A stretch of 64,000 nt of DNA from Camelus ferus. Its lineage: Eukaryota. Location of the stretch: contig NC_045702.1 of assembly GCF_009834535.1 (NCBI RefSeq), positions 5,456,001-5,520,000 on the forward strand, given 5' to 3'. The translations under genes were made by a program, and so were the position numbers. This document shows positions 31,601-43,220 of the stretch, in pieces (the first letter of the stretch is position 1; every line of letters starts with the position of its first letter). The notes below the pieces were generated by a model that was given only the letters and a program-made list of their open reading frames with translations, was not told the DNA's origin and did not search any database.

Positions 31601-34600
31601 CTCGCTGGGAAAGTGGTGGGGCTGGCGGGGTCTTGTTTACCGGGTGGGCGGGCCACCAGCTGTCCCCAGCAACACCATGTGGGTGTGTAGATCTCCTGGA
31701 CACCATGGGCTTGCCAGAACCCAGGGATCCTAAAATGGCCATCCTGCTCCCACTTGTTTGGACATTTTATTTGTTTTAAATTTATTTTTTATTTATTTAT
31801 TTTTTAGTGGAGGTACTGAGGATTGAACCCAGGACCTCATGCACGCTAAGCATGCATTTTACCACTGAGCTATTACCCTCCCTGCTGCTTGGACCTTTTA
31901 AATCAAGGAACAGAGTTCCAGCCATGGTGATACAAGGGCAGAGCTGCAGCAACCAGGACCTGGATGAATGCTGGGGACCAGTGAAGACAGCCAGCCTGCC
32001 CGCCCCTGCCCCTGTGAGAGCAGCAAATGATGGGGGTGGGAAGGGAAAAGGCTGGGGGCCGGGGCGTAAGGACTGAGAGAAGCAGGGCTGCAGGGAAGGG
32101 GAGAGGGGCTCAGTGGGAGTTAAGACACCCTTTCTGGGTGTCGCACACCATGGGGAAAGCCTCTCCCCTCCTCACCTGGCTGATGAAGCCGATGACCTGA
32201 CCCCGGAGCCAGGAAGGGTCGAGGGTGCGCAGGTCTTGCCCGTCCAGCGTCACCATGCCCGCCGTGGGGTCATAGAAGCGCTCAAGCAGGGAAGCCACAG
32301 TGGTCTTTCCTGGGAGTTGGGGTGGGGGACAGGGGCAGTTAGGGAGTGTGCCTAGGAGAGAGGGACCTGTCCTTCCACACTAAGTGGCTACCGCAGGGAG
32401 GAGTCACAGGGTGGGAGGGTGGCGGGCTCCTCTTACCTCCCCCGGACTGGCCCACAAGGGCCACGATCTTGCCTGGGGGCAGCGTGAGGGTGAAGTCTTT
32501 GAGCACTTGGAAGCCAGGGCGGCAGGGGTAACTGGGAGGAGCCGAGAGACCCTCAGTCAGAACAGGTTCCAGGCCCCTCGTTGCCCTGGTCCCTCCTGAA
32601 GGCTCCCTGAACCCCTGAGAGGAGCTTATTTAGGAGACACTGACCCACAGGTCCGCAGACAGGCTCCTCGGCCTGGCGGGAAGCACCCGTGTCCACCCAC
32701 TGACACTGACCTGAAGCAGACGTTGTGAAACGTGACGGAGCCATGGAGGTGCTCCCTGGGGATGCAGCAGCCCCCTGACAGCCGGATGTCTGGGCTCAGG
32801 GTCATGTACTCGAAGACCCGGGTGCCCGCGCTGAGCCCCCGCACCACCTGGGGACAGGTTTAAAGTCTGTGATGTGGGAGTGTGGTCTGGGGAGTGGGCA
32901 GCATCTCTGGGTCCCCACGCGGCGGGGAGTACTTAGGGGGCTGGTGATATCCCCTCCTCCCGCCACCCAGTTCCCGTAGCACATTAATGACATCAGGGAC
33001 GGACAGGACTCCAGCCCAGATCCCATGTCCACACCCCTGGACCCATCCCGGACTGCCACTCACCTGACCAAACAGGACAGAGAGGTTGGCCATGGACCTG
33101 TGAGCAGAAGAGAAAGGCTGAAAGACGGGGGATGAGAAGAGCCTGAGAGGAGGCCAGGGCTGGAGAGGAAGGTCTGGGTCTCAGCTGCACGGGGGGCATG
33201 TCCGCTGGGGCAAGGAAACAGGTGGCCAGAAGGCAAATGCAGAGACTGCTCCTGAAACCGGAGTCCCCAGGAGCCCTGGGATCCAGCGACACTAGGTGAT
33301 CACCTGGCAAATAGCTTCTTTCAGAGCTGCGTTCTCTCCTAGCCCAGACAGGGCTGACGAGTGTCAGCTCCCTCAGGACGGGGGCTCCAGGGGGGAAGCA
33401 GGTCTGGAAGGCAGACACCGGGTGCAGTGGGGTGGGCTCCACGGGCCTGCAGCCCGCGGGGCGGGCGGCTCCCGCGCGAGACCAAGGCCGGCCGTGAGGG
33501 CCAAGGGGAGGTCGGCTCTAGCGCTGTGACTCCTGGGGGAAGCGAGGTCTACTGACGGTGGAAAACAGGATGGCAATCCTTTCAGAGAGAGAAAACGAAA
33601 GACACTGGACCACAGGGGAAACACTGGGGGGACCCCAAACCCATATTCCCTTGGGATATTTTATTATGGGCTTGCCCTGTGTAAGGAACGGTGCAAGTGT
33701 ATCTGCCCAGATGGTGGGTCGCTGCCTCTGCCCCTCAGGGTGGGTGGCTGCGGGGAGGAAGGTGAGTCATTACCCCTTAGTCACCAGCCCCTGACTGGCC
33801 CGTGACAGTGTGTGTCTGCGACTGTGGATGCAGGTCCTCCCTGAAGAAGAGGAAAGACTGACTCTCCAGAAATCTCACTTCTCCCAGCACCCGGGTCGGG
33901 GGAGGGGAGGAGGAGCCTGCGAGGAAATGGCTCAGAGCACTTGCCAAAGGGAGCAGGAGGCACCAAGATAGAAGAGCCAGGACAGCCTGTTATCTGCTGA
34001 TGAGAAGGGAGAACATTCGCCACAAGAGATCTGGAGGTCATTAGGGGCTGGTGGAGGTGCTGGGCGCAACTGAAAACCAGATGCACATCACCGAGCTCTC
34101 AGAGATGGCTCAGAAGGCAGGCCTGGGGGGTGGGTAGAACTCAGCAGGCATGATCACGAGGACTGGGTTCAATTCCCAGCACCTCTGTTAAGCGGGGGCG
34201 GTGGGGTCGGGGAGAAGGCCCCTGGAGGCCCGGAGCGGGTTAGGGATGGGGTGGCCCATCCTGAATGCAGACCAGGCGGCCTGGCCCTGACCGTGGTCTG
34301 TCTGGGCACCTCCCCATCTCTTCGAGAGCCCCAGTGCCACCAAAAGGAACACCTAGGATGGAGTCCAAAGTTTGAGGCTGCTTGAAGCTGGGACTGCTAA
34401 CTAAAAATTGGCACTTGCCATCTGCACCTACAAGAATTGTATCACATTGGCACTTGCCATCTAACTCTGCTTGGATTAAATCATGAGCCACTGCAGCCAC
34501 TGATCTCCAACATGCCCTGCAAGGAGTTCAGGATGGAGATCAGGAATGAGGCTCTCTGTGCTCTGGGAAAACTGGCTGAACAGGCCTTCAGATAGTTAGG

Positions 34601-37600
34601 TATTTTCAGAAGATTTTATGAGCCTAAATTCTTGCGTCTCCTCATATCTAGGAAAGCACTAAAATCATTAACGGTGGCATCTGCTCCTCTTGGCTATCAG
34701 CAAGTCTCTGCCTAAACATGTGTTTGACTGCGCGTCCCCCCCTCACTGAAATCATATATAATACTGAGCTCTTCCCCTGCCTCTTTGGAGCAGTTTCTCA
34801 GAGCTCTCTGGGATGCTGTCTCCCGGGATATAGTCCTCATTCTGCCCCCAATAAAACTTAACCCACAACTCTCACACTGTGTGATTTTACTTCAGCGGAC
34901 AGGGCCCTGCCTCCTTCCTTCCCGACCCACCCGCCCTGGCTAGACCCCAGGAGGAAACACACCAGCTTAACAAAATGAGACCCAATTCCTCCAAGGTGAG
35001 TAATGAAGAATCTCCGTGTGGTGAGGGGCCTCCCAAAAGGCTAGACCTAGTGGGAGCAGCCCCATCCAGCAGTCTGCGAGAGATGCTTTCTTGAGCCTGT
35101 AATAAAACTACAACTGGCTAGGAGGTGCAGTGGGGAGGGAAGGAAATGTACCCCAGCCATAAGGGGAGGGAGCCACAGGGGACGGCCAGTCTAAGGGAGG
35201 AGGGCCAGGCCTGGGATGTGTGGCTGCCTTTCCTCAGGGGGGCAGCTCTGCCACTGCCCCAAGGGGAGGGCCGTGGGGTGACTGTATGAAGCCAGCCAGC
35301 GGCGTTCCCATGGGTCAGGCCAGGGGAGGGGCAGCAGGGGGAGGCCAGAAGTTCCATTTACACAATAATCAGAGCCTTTTAGTCCTAAGGCAACAGTTCT
35401 GGGCCTCTAGGAAGGAAGGATGAGGCTGGCCAGGACCAGAGAGGGTCAGAACGGGCCCAGATTAGAGAGCACCTGGTAGAAATGGAGCCAAGGATGGTGC
35501 TGTGTAGAATGCTGGGGAAGCCAGGGCCAAGAGAGGGTGTGTTTTCTACCTGCCTGCGTCTGGGTTAGCGCCATCCTGCCCAGGCCAGCAAGGCCAATGG
35601 TGAGGGATTCTGTAAGAAATGGCTGACACACAGAGGCGGTAAGGCAGAGCAGAGCCAGGACACGAGGACCACAGGAATCAGCAGTGAGGAGGAAGGGACA
35701 CAGAGGGGCGTCTGGGTGATGCTCTAGTCTCTCGGTGTAGCTGGTGGTAACACAGGTCTTCACTCTTCGATTCCTTATTAGATCATATCTACACTGATTA
35801 TTGACCTAACATATCTTTGTCATGTTTTGGTGTAAGTGGTATGTGGGGTGGGGGGGGCACAAAGTGAACAGAGATGGTGGGCAGAGATGCTAGTGCTTGG
35901 CTTGGAAGGGACAGAAGGGAGGCCTGTCTGGGGGCTCCGGTAGCAGAGCCGGCTGGGAGCTCTGGTGCCCATGGGCAGACGGAGCCAGCGGGGCAGGCAG
36001 ATCTCAGAGCCGTGGACCCAGTGAGCCACCAGGGTGGACCATGCAGGGAAAGGTCAGGCAGAGGACGGCAGGCCAGCTCTTAAAAAGCATGTCAAAGATG
36101 GTCTATCCAAACATGGAGTCTTACTCAGCCTTAAAAAGGACGGAAATTCTGGTACCTGCTCTGACATGTATGAACCAGGAAGATGTTATGCTTAGAGAAA
36201 TAAGCCTGTCACAAGGGGACAGGTACCATATGATGTCATCTATATGATGAGGACCTAGAAGAGCCAGACTCACGGAGACAGAAAGCAGAATGATGGTTGC
36301 CAGGGGATGGGGAGGGTGGGTCACACAGATGCAGCATTTCAGTTTTGCAAACTGAAGTTCTGAAGGGGACGGTAGTGATGGCTGCACAGCAACATGCATG
36401 CATGCAACTCTATTAAACTGAATACTTAGAAATGGTTAAGATGGTAAATTTTGTGTATTTTACTGAAATTTTTTAAAGAAAAAAGTTTGTCAAGGAAACT
36501 TCTGAATTGTTTGGAAGCTGAAGATGACAATCGTATTTCTGAATTAGGCTGGAGGCGCGGCTGGGAGCCTGGGGCTCCCTCTCCCCCTGCCCAGTGCTGC
36601 GCTGGGGGACCGGGGTAGTCGTCCCCAGAGCAGACTGGCAGGCACGCCCTGTCCCTTGGCCCAGCTGGGCTCTTAGGAATGGCAACAGCCCCACACTCAC
36701 CTCTGCACTGTCTGGGAGGCTACCAGGAAAGACATGAGGTCTCCCCCTGTCAGCTGCTGTCCAGCCACGAGGGAGCCCCCAATAAACAGGGTTCCCAAGA
36801 CCATGCCTGCGTGGGGAAAGGACAGGTGGTTAGGAAGGCGGCTGTGGAGGACAGAAGACAGACCCGGCCCACGTGTTGGTCTCCAGTTCCAGTCCCTGCT
36901 GTGCTCCCAACTGACTGGAATTTTGGCAAGTCACTCGAATGGTCTCTGCCTTTGTTTCCTCATTTGGAAATGAGTGGGTTGGGGGCAGCTCCATGGCTCC
37001 CTCCAGAGTGGCCCGGCAGCACACTGCACATAGTGACGCTGGGCCTACCTGCCCGTCGCCTGCCGGCATCAGCAGGCTCCACAGACTGGCTAACTGGCAC
37101 TCAACAGACATCTGAAGGCCATCAAGCAGGTGGAAAGCCGCCCCTTGCCTGCCTTGCTGGGACCTGTCCTTCCCGCCTCTGCGCTCACCTCCAGCCACAG
37201 CCTGGGTCCCCCCAGGTGCGGCCTTGCTCACTCACAGTTGAAGGCGATGTTGGAGAGCCCTTGGAACAAGGCGATGCCTCTGCCCAGCTCCTCTGCCTTA
37301 CAGCGGGACGCCTCCAGCTCTACTCTGTAGCGTCTGGGGACAGAAGTCAAACTGGCCCTCAGGAAACAGGCGGGGTGGGGCGTGGGGCAGGTGGGAGGTA
37401 CATTTGGGGGTCCCCCTGCTTTTGTGCTCCGCCTCTGCCCCGACTCACTCCTCTTCCCACTGCTCCATGGCGAAGGCTCGCACTGTCCGAACGTTGCCCA
37501 GGGCCTCATCGGCTACACCTGTTGCCCTGGCGACCTGCAAGAAGTCCAGGAGATAGGGAGCCAGGTTGGAGATGGAGAGGGGTTGACAGAGGAGTATGGG

Positions 37601-40600
37601 GCAGAGAAGGAGGGTAGGGTAAGGAGGGTGGGCAGGACTTCTGGTACCTGCTCCTGACACTGGCGAGACAACTTCCTGAGAGCTGAGCCCATTAGGGTGC
37701 CAGCTCCCATCAGGGCAGGCGTGGCCACCATCAGGAGCAGCGTGAGGCGCGTGGAGAGCATAGATAGGGACACCAGGCAGCCGGCCACTTGGGTACAGCT
37801 TCGCAGCCCCTGAGGAGTGGGAAGGAAGGCTGTTTGACATCAGCACCATGACATGGGACATGGGGGACTTTACCAAGAGTCAGCTGGCTACAGCTAGCTC
37901 TATACTCACAAGGGCAAGGCCACAGGTCTGACCCCTGGGAAGTCAACCTGCAGTCTGCGGGACACAGAACTTAACCCTTCCTTGACCAGGCATAAAGGCG
38001 CTGGGTGAGGATGCCTATGGACAAAGGCATCCTTCCCCTAGACAAATCCCACTCTCCTGGTCTTCCGCTCTAGAAGCTGAACAAAACAAGAATCACCTGG
38101 GGATGCCACCTGGGGACTGCTGTTGGCCAGTGACTGGCAGGATCTGGCAGCTACAGTGACAATCTGGGGGTATGCAGAGGGGACATCAGGACACAGCAAA
38201 GAGCCATTGCTTGTTCTCCTGTTAGTGAGCCAGGCATTCTGAGGACAAGACAGGCCACTGCGATTTTGCTCTTGGCAATCTGGGCTGAGACAGGCTCTTG
38301 TCTGAGTTTTTGAGAAGGTTTTCCAGGGAAGTAAGATTTCAGGACAGGAAAGAAACAGCCTGTCCTGACCTTGGACAGTGCCGTGGCACCTCGCTTCTGT
38401 GAACTTCCCTGTTCCCTCACCCACACCCTCACCAGACAGCAGGCTTCTCACTTCAGTGTGAGCCTAGGCGCGAGGCCCAACAGTGGGGTGGGTGGGGCAG
38501 GGCTGGCCTGGTGCATCTGCACCAGGGAGTGAGTGTGCGTGCGTGTGTGCGTGTGTGTGAGTGTATGAGTGTGGGGGACCTGGGGCACTCACCTGGGAGA
38601 TGACAAGTTTGAAGGACGATTTAAACTCCTGCACGTCCGTTGTCAATCGGCTCACCAGCTGCCCTGTCCTTTTAGCATCAAAGAAAGCAATGTCTTGTCT
38701 GGCGGTGGGACACGGGGTTAGCAGGTTGGGGAAAAGAGAGAGATGTTACCTGAGGACAAGGCCCCACCCCCAGACATTCACCCAGACCCCCTCAGGGCCC
38801 CTCAGCCCCCTGCCTGCACCCCGCACCCCACGGCTGGCAGTACCGAAGCAGGTTGCTGAAGAGGGCCCTCCTCATGTCCACTGCCATGCGTTCACCGATG
38901 CGGGACAGCAGCACCAGGTACCCGAAGGTCAGCAGGCCCTGGGAGAGAGGACGGGGCTCTCAGGGGTGCCCAGGCAACTCCTCTGGGTGCCCCCAGGCCC
39001 TCCCTTCTGCCGTACCTGGATGCCATAGAGAATCAGCAGGCGGGTGCTAAGGTTCCGGGACTCAGTCAGGAAGTTGCCCGCACGGTCCCTTGTATACTTG
39101 GCCACAATCTCCACCAGCTGACCCAGGAGAAGGGGGATCTGCACGTTCACCAGTGCTGCACCCAGCGCCAGCTTCAGGGAGGGGACAGACGTTTAGGGGA
39201 ACCACACTCTTCCCAATCCCTGGCCTTTCCTCTCCCACTGTTGTCCATGCATTGGAGGCTCCCATGTCTCTCTGAGAGTTAAAGTTCAGCTGCCAGCCCC
39301 TGGGGACCCCCGTGTCCACACAGCCACCCTGTGCAGGTCCTCAGCCCCTGTCCCCAAGCCAGCTGGCTCTGCTGCTTCCTGAGGTCTCCTCTGAGATTTG
39401 GCCAGGCAGGAGAGCTGTCCTGATGTGTCCTCTGGCTGGGGCTTCTGCAACCCCCTGGCTGGATCCTTCCCTGTCCCTGATGGGGGCAGAGGGGGCGGGA
39501 GAAGACCTCACCACGATGGCTGCCCCCAGGATCAGCAGGTGGGGGCGTAGAAACTGCCAGAAGAGCTTCCAGTTAAAGCGGGACTCCACGACCCAGGGTC
39601 TGGAGCAGGCAGGAGGGGCCTCTTCTGCCTCACACAGTGCCACAGGGCAGAGGCGGGGGCATTTAATCAGAACCACAGGGCCCAGGAGGGCTCCCCCAAC
39701 CCAGCACCAGGCAGAGGGGCTCCGGCCAGGAGCTGGGGGTGCTCGAGGGATGCGGGCCCGGAGCTGGGACCGCAGCTGGGCCACGGCCCTGAGGAGGTAG
39801 GAGCTGGGGCAGCCGTCGGAGGACCTGTGGGGAGAGAATGCCATTGATGGCTTGAGGCCCCAACTGTCCCTCGACTGAACGACAAACTGCTTGAGCCCTC
39901 AGCGGAGCCCCATGGAGAGCAGCATTTCCTCTTCTGTTGGACCCACACTGCCTTTCTCAGGGTGTTCTTAAGCAACCTCGGTTTCTGAGACAAAAAACCC
40001 ATGACGGAAAGCAGTGGAGGAATGAGAAAACTGAGTGGTCGAGTCTTAAAGGCGTCCTCAGACAGCCGGGCCCTGTCAGCCTCCAGAGGCACCGGCCCCC
40101 TGGGTCAGTGCCAGCTCCAAGCCCTGCTCTTTCAGAGTCACGAGACATTGGAGCTGGAGGGCACTGCTTTCACAGAGAACATGGAAGCTCTGAGTGAATG
40201 CAGCTCAGAGAGGTAGAGCGGGAGAGTGCCAGCCACGTCACCAACGCGGCCACCGCCCCACTGTCACCAGCCCGTGGCCTGTGACCCTTGCGTCCCTGGG
40301 AGGGGGCCGCTGTTATTCTCACTTGATAGACGAAAAAACTCACGTGAGGCTGAGAAACTGAAATAATCTGTTCCCAGGCAGCGGAACTGGGATGAGAGAG
40401 GAACCCTGCTGTCGGATTCCAGGACCCAGGCTCATTCTACTCTGCCCTGTGTAATAAGCTCAGGTGATGTGTTGCAGGGCCAGGACTAGACCCAAGTCCC
40501 CTGAGCTTACTACACCCCATCAGCCTCTCCCCTTCCAGGCCTACAGTGCTTATGTGACAATGCACAGAAGGAAAGGGTGACAGACTCCTCTGTCTGCTGA

Positions 40601-42791
40601 AGATAGAAAAAGAAATAAAAATCCAAATAATGTATCTTGTCATCTTGCACAGGCCAAGATCGTCTCCTTCCTGCAGTTTTGGTATCTATAGGTGGCAATG
40701 TAGGGTCTCAGGCCTACTGTGCACCGGTGTTCTGCTCTGAGGCACAGGGAACAGGAGGTGAACAGGACGGACCAAGTAACTACCCTCATAGTGGTTAAGC
40801 TTTAGTGTGTGTGTGTGTCCGGAGCCGGGGGCAGATAAGGGGGAACAAATAGCTAATGACAAAGCTTGCCATGGGTGGGGGGCTGGGTAGGGGGAGTCAT
40901 TACAGTCTTTTTAAAAGACCTGGACTTGAGGCAGCAAAAGGACCGTAATCAGATTTGCATTTTGAAGATCACAGCAGAGGGGAGGAGACTGGAGGACAGG
41001 TGTGGTTATAGAGAGGCCTGTTAGAGGCAGAAGTTATCCAGCTGAGAGAATATGGTAGGATGCTCAAAGATCCAAATGAGATTATTGATGGGGAAAGACT
41101 TCAAAACAAACAGAGAGGTTTTCCCTTTACTATGAGGGTCTTCCATATTTCCAGACCCACCTAACTGCAGACTCCATCTCATCGTTCCCTTGTCTCAGTG
41201 AGGCCTGGGCTTCTCTGCTACCTTTATATTATGCCTTCCCTCACCCTATCCACCTGTCTGTTTTCTGCTGGGCACTTTATGTCTATCCAAAACTTAGATA
41301 GAGAAGCTCACTCTCCTTCTGCACTGGGTAAATGTCTCATTTCCCCATTAGACTATGTATTCCTTGAGGGGCAGGAAGCTCTATCTTATTCACCACTGTA
41401 TCCCTAGCAGTTAGCAGAGCTCTGGTACATAACATCATTCAGCCAATAGTTATGTTTGTTGAGTGCATGCCCTCATTAGAAATGCAGAACAATCTGACCT
41501 GACTCGCTACTGCAGCATTTGCAAAGTTTTAAACTTACTGTGACAACAGCAAGGAATACATTTTACATTGCAATCCAGTATAATGAACACAATATGTCAC
41601 AGAAAATTGAAATGCTTCACAAAACTACTTTCTCTAATTTCTTTTTAACACATATTCCATCATATTCACTTTTAAATGGCTTGTACTCACTAAATTCACT
41701 TTATGATCTATTGTGATTTGCACATCTGAAAAACACCAATGAACATACAAATACTAGAATATTATTTGATGGCTTTCCTTGGGTTTCTCTCTGGTTTAAA
41801 TAATATCAACACCCCTACTCTTTTCCTAAGGACTGTTTTCAAGCCTTTGAATAATTTACCATGGCCACTTTCCAGCTTTTCTCATCTTCTCCAAACTAAG
41901 GCTCTAAGCAGTACTCGGCCCCTGCCAAGAACTGGCGGATTGCTTCTGAGCACCGGTACTTGTAGCTTCAACTCCGCCTGGCTCTTGCCCTCCATCAATC
42001 AGATAGGCTTTCCAAACAGCACAAGTCCACATCCACCCGCCCCTGCGAATCTGCTGCCTGCCTGGCCCACAGGTTCTTCACTCCAGGAGTAGAAAGGAAT
42101 CAGTCCCTTTTCATAAAGCATTTACCAGTAAGTCGCCGTTTCAGAGTCCTTGTTCATTTCCCACCTGTGTGTCTTCCTCTTAGGACCAACGTGTAGAGCC
42201 AACATACAAGAACACATACATACACGTGACTAAATTGACTCTTTAACTCTGCTGAAAGTATCCAGATTTAGGAACCATTTCACACTGAATCTTGGGAACA
42301 ACAGCAATACTAAATGACTCTGGACACTAATAATTTTTGTCCACATCGCAAGACCAATTCCAAGAAGGACAGGGGCAGGAAACGGGGGCCGGAACACCCG
42401 TGCAAAACGGCGCCCCCTGGTGGGGAGTATAGGTCGGGAGTGGTCACCACCCCGGAGCGTCCCCTCCGTCCAGCCCACACGTGCTGATACAGACGCACCG
42501 AGTCTCCTGCTGGTACCTGGGTCGTCGCTATAAATAATTGAGGCCAATCCCTCAGGGAGTGACATTCAACTCTGGGCCGGGCCAGCCTACGACTCCCAGC
42601 AGGCCTCGCGCGAGCCCGGGACTCCATCTCCCGGCAGGCCCCACGCCCTGCCGGCAGGTCAATGGCCCGCGCTCCCGTAGGTTTGTCCCTTTTTACCTGA
42701 CGGCCGAGAATGTCTGGAAGCGGAGGGGTAGCAGCGGCCTGCCTGGGACAGGGCCACCCCGAATCCCGACCCGAAATAAGTGCACCAGCAT
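28670..42791 (-). CDS. ABCB8: Mitochondrial ABC half-transporter ABCB8 (MITOSUR), 713 aa, complete
   Basis: Exons: 42697-42791 ([13 protein letters not shown], targeting-peptide-like), 39512-39824, 39016-39171, 38844-38938, 38593-38698, 37648-37809, 37449-37534, 37236-37333, 36701-36806, 33064-33097, 32711-32847, 32437-32531, 32176-32309, 31113-31260, 29510-29760, 28670-28795; total 2142 nt. Walker A GQSGGGKTT, signature LSGGQ, Walker [12 protein letters not shown]-loop IAHRL. Confidence 0.98.
31765..31882 (-). mobile_element. Short tRNA-derived SINE (vic-1/camelid-like) with A-rich tail
   Basis: A-box TAGCTCAGTGG (31862-31872), B-box GGTTCAATCC (31820-31829), (AAAT)n tail. Flanking repeats 31755-31768 and 31886-31899 match at 12/14, a candidate target-site duplication. 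Confidence 0.85.
34125..34191 (+). mobile_element. Degenerate copy of the same tRNA-derived SINE
   Basis: B-box GGTTCAATTCC at 34166-34176 followed by cagcacctc, similar to the copy at 31765-31882. A-box region deleted or degraded. Confidence 0.55.
34299..34901 (+). mobile_element. Solo ERV LTR in ABCB8 intron 9, antisense to the gene
   Basis: TGTCTG...CGGACA termini, near-matching flanks GGTC/GGGC, 17-bp internal direct repeat (34407-34423 and 34446-34462), TATATAA at 34755, AATAAA at 34850-34855. The 5' end is less certain. Confidence 0.7.
36095..36485 (+). mobile_element. L1MB-like 3' end
   Basis: ttactcagccttaaaaagga, gacagaaagcagaatgatggttgccaggggatggggagg, aaatggttaagatggtaaatttt and an A-rich tail. 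Confidence 0.85.
38529..38572 (-). repeat. Degenerate CA-rich repeat in ABCB8 intron 5
   Basis: + strand reads gtgagtgtgcgtgcgtgtgtgcgtgtgtgtgagtgtatgagtgt, about 20-65 nt inside the donor at 38592. Confidence 0.8.
41340..41470 (+). mobile_element. L2 3' tail fragment
   Basis: ccccattagactatgtattccttgaggggcagg...tcttattcaccactgtatccctagca is a typical L2 terminus. Confidence 0.7.
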
Positions 42792-43220
42792 GGTGGAGGG
42801 AGAACAGGAACAGCCGGCAACAGCGGTTTCACCCTTATCCCGTTGAGGGCTCCATGTTGGCTCCGGCCCCCATCCCGACAACCCCTTCGCCACTTGCCGA
42901 TGATTGGTGGAAAGAAACATCAATTTCGTTGCAAGCTGTGATTGGAGAACACCTTGTTCGCGCGTCTTCTTCTGGAGCTGTGATTGGAGAGAGCCGCCTG
43001 TAGCCCGCCCCCAGTCCTGGCCTGGGGCCAAGCAGGATGTGGCACCGCCCTCTGACCGCTGCCGGAGTAGGCTCTGGAGTGACGTTTTGAGGGTGTGCGC
43101 TGTACGCCGCCCGCCCCGGGGTATCCATAGTAACGCGTCAGCTGCTGACCTCCGGGCTGTTCTCTTATGGGTACTTCTAGCGGACTCGAGACGTCCTGGA
43201 GTCCCGAGGGAGTGTAGAGC
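42370..43220 (-). promoter_or_regulatory. ABCB8: ABCB8 CpG island promoter with three CCAAT boxes and a GC box
   Basis: ATTGG at 42903, 42941 and 42983; CCCGCCCC near 43004; high CpG density around the ATG at 42791. Confidence 0.75.

Noticed and set aside
31803-31882. tRNA gene
   Set aside because: It has A and B boxes but no acceptor-stem 3' half, and it is followed by an A-rich tail and target-site duplication, so it is a SINE.
36679-37617. 312-aa + strand ORF antisense to ABCB8
   Set aside because: It crosses introns and antisense exons, has no recognisable domain, and has the composition expected from GC-rich DNA.
39937-40520. Homolog of the short human ABCB8 alternative exon in intron 1
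   Set aside because: Only vague MIR-like similarity is visible. I could not define a credible acceptor-donor pair.
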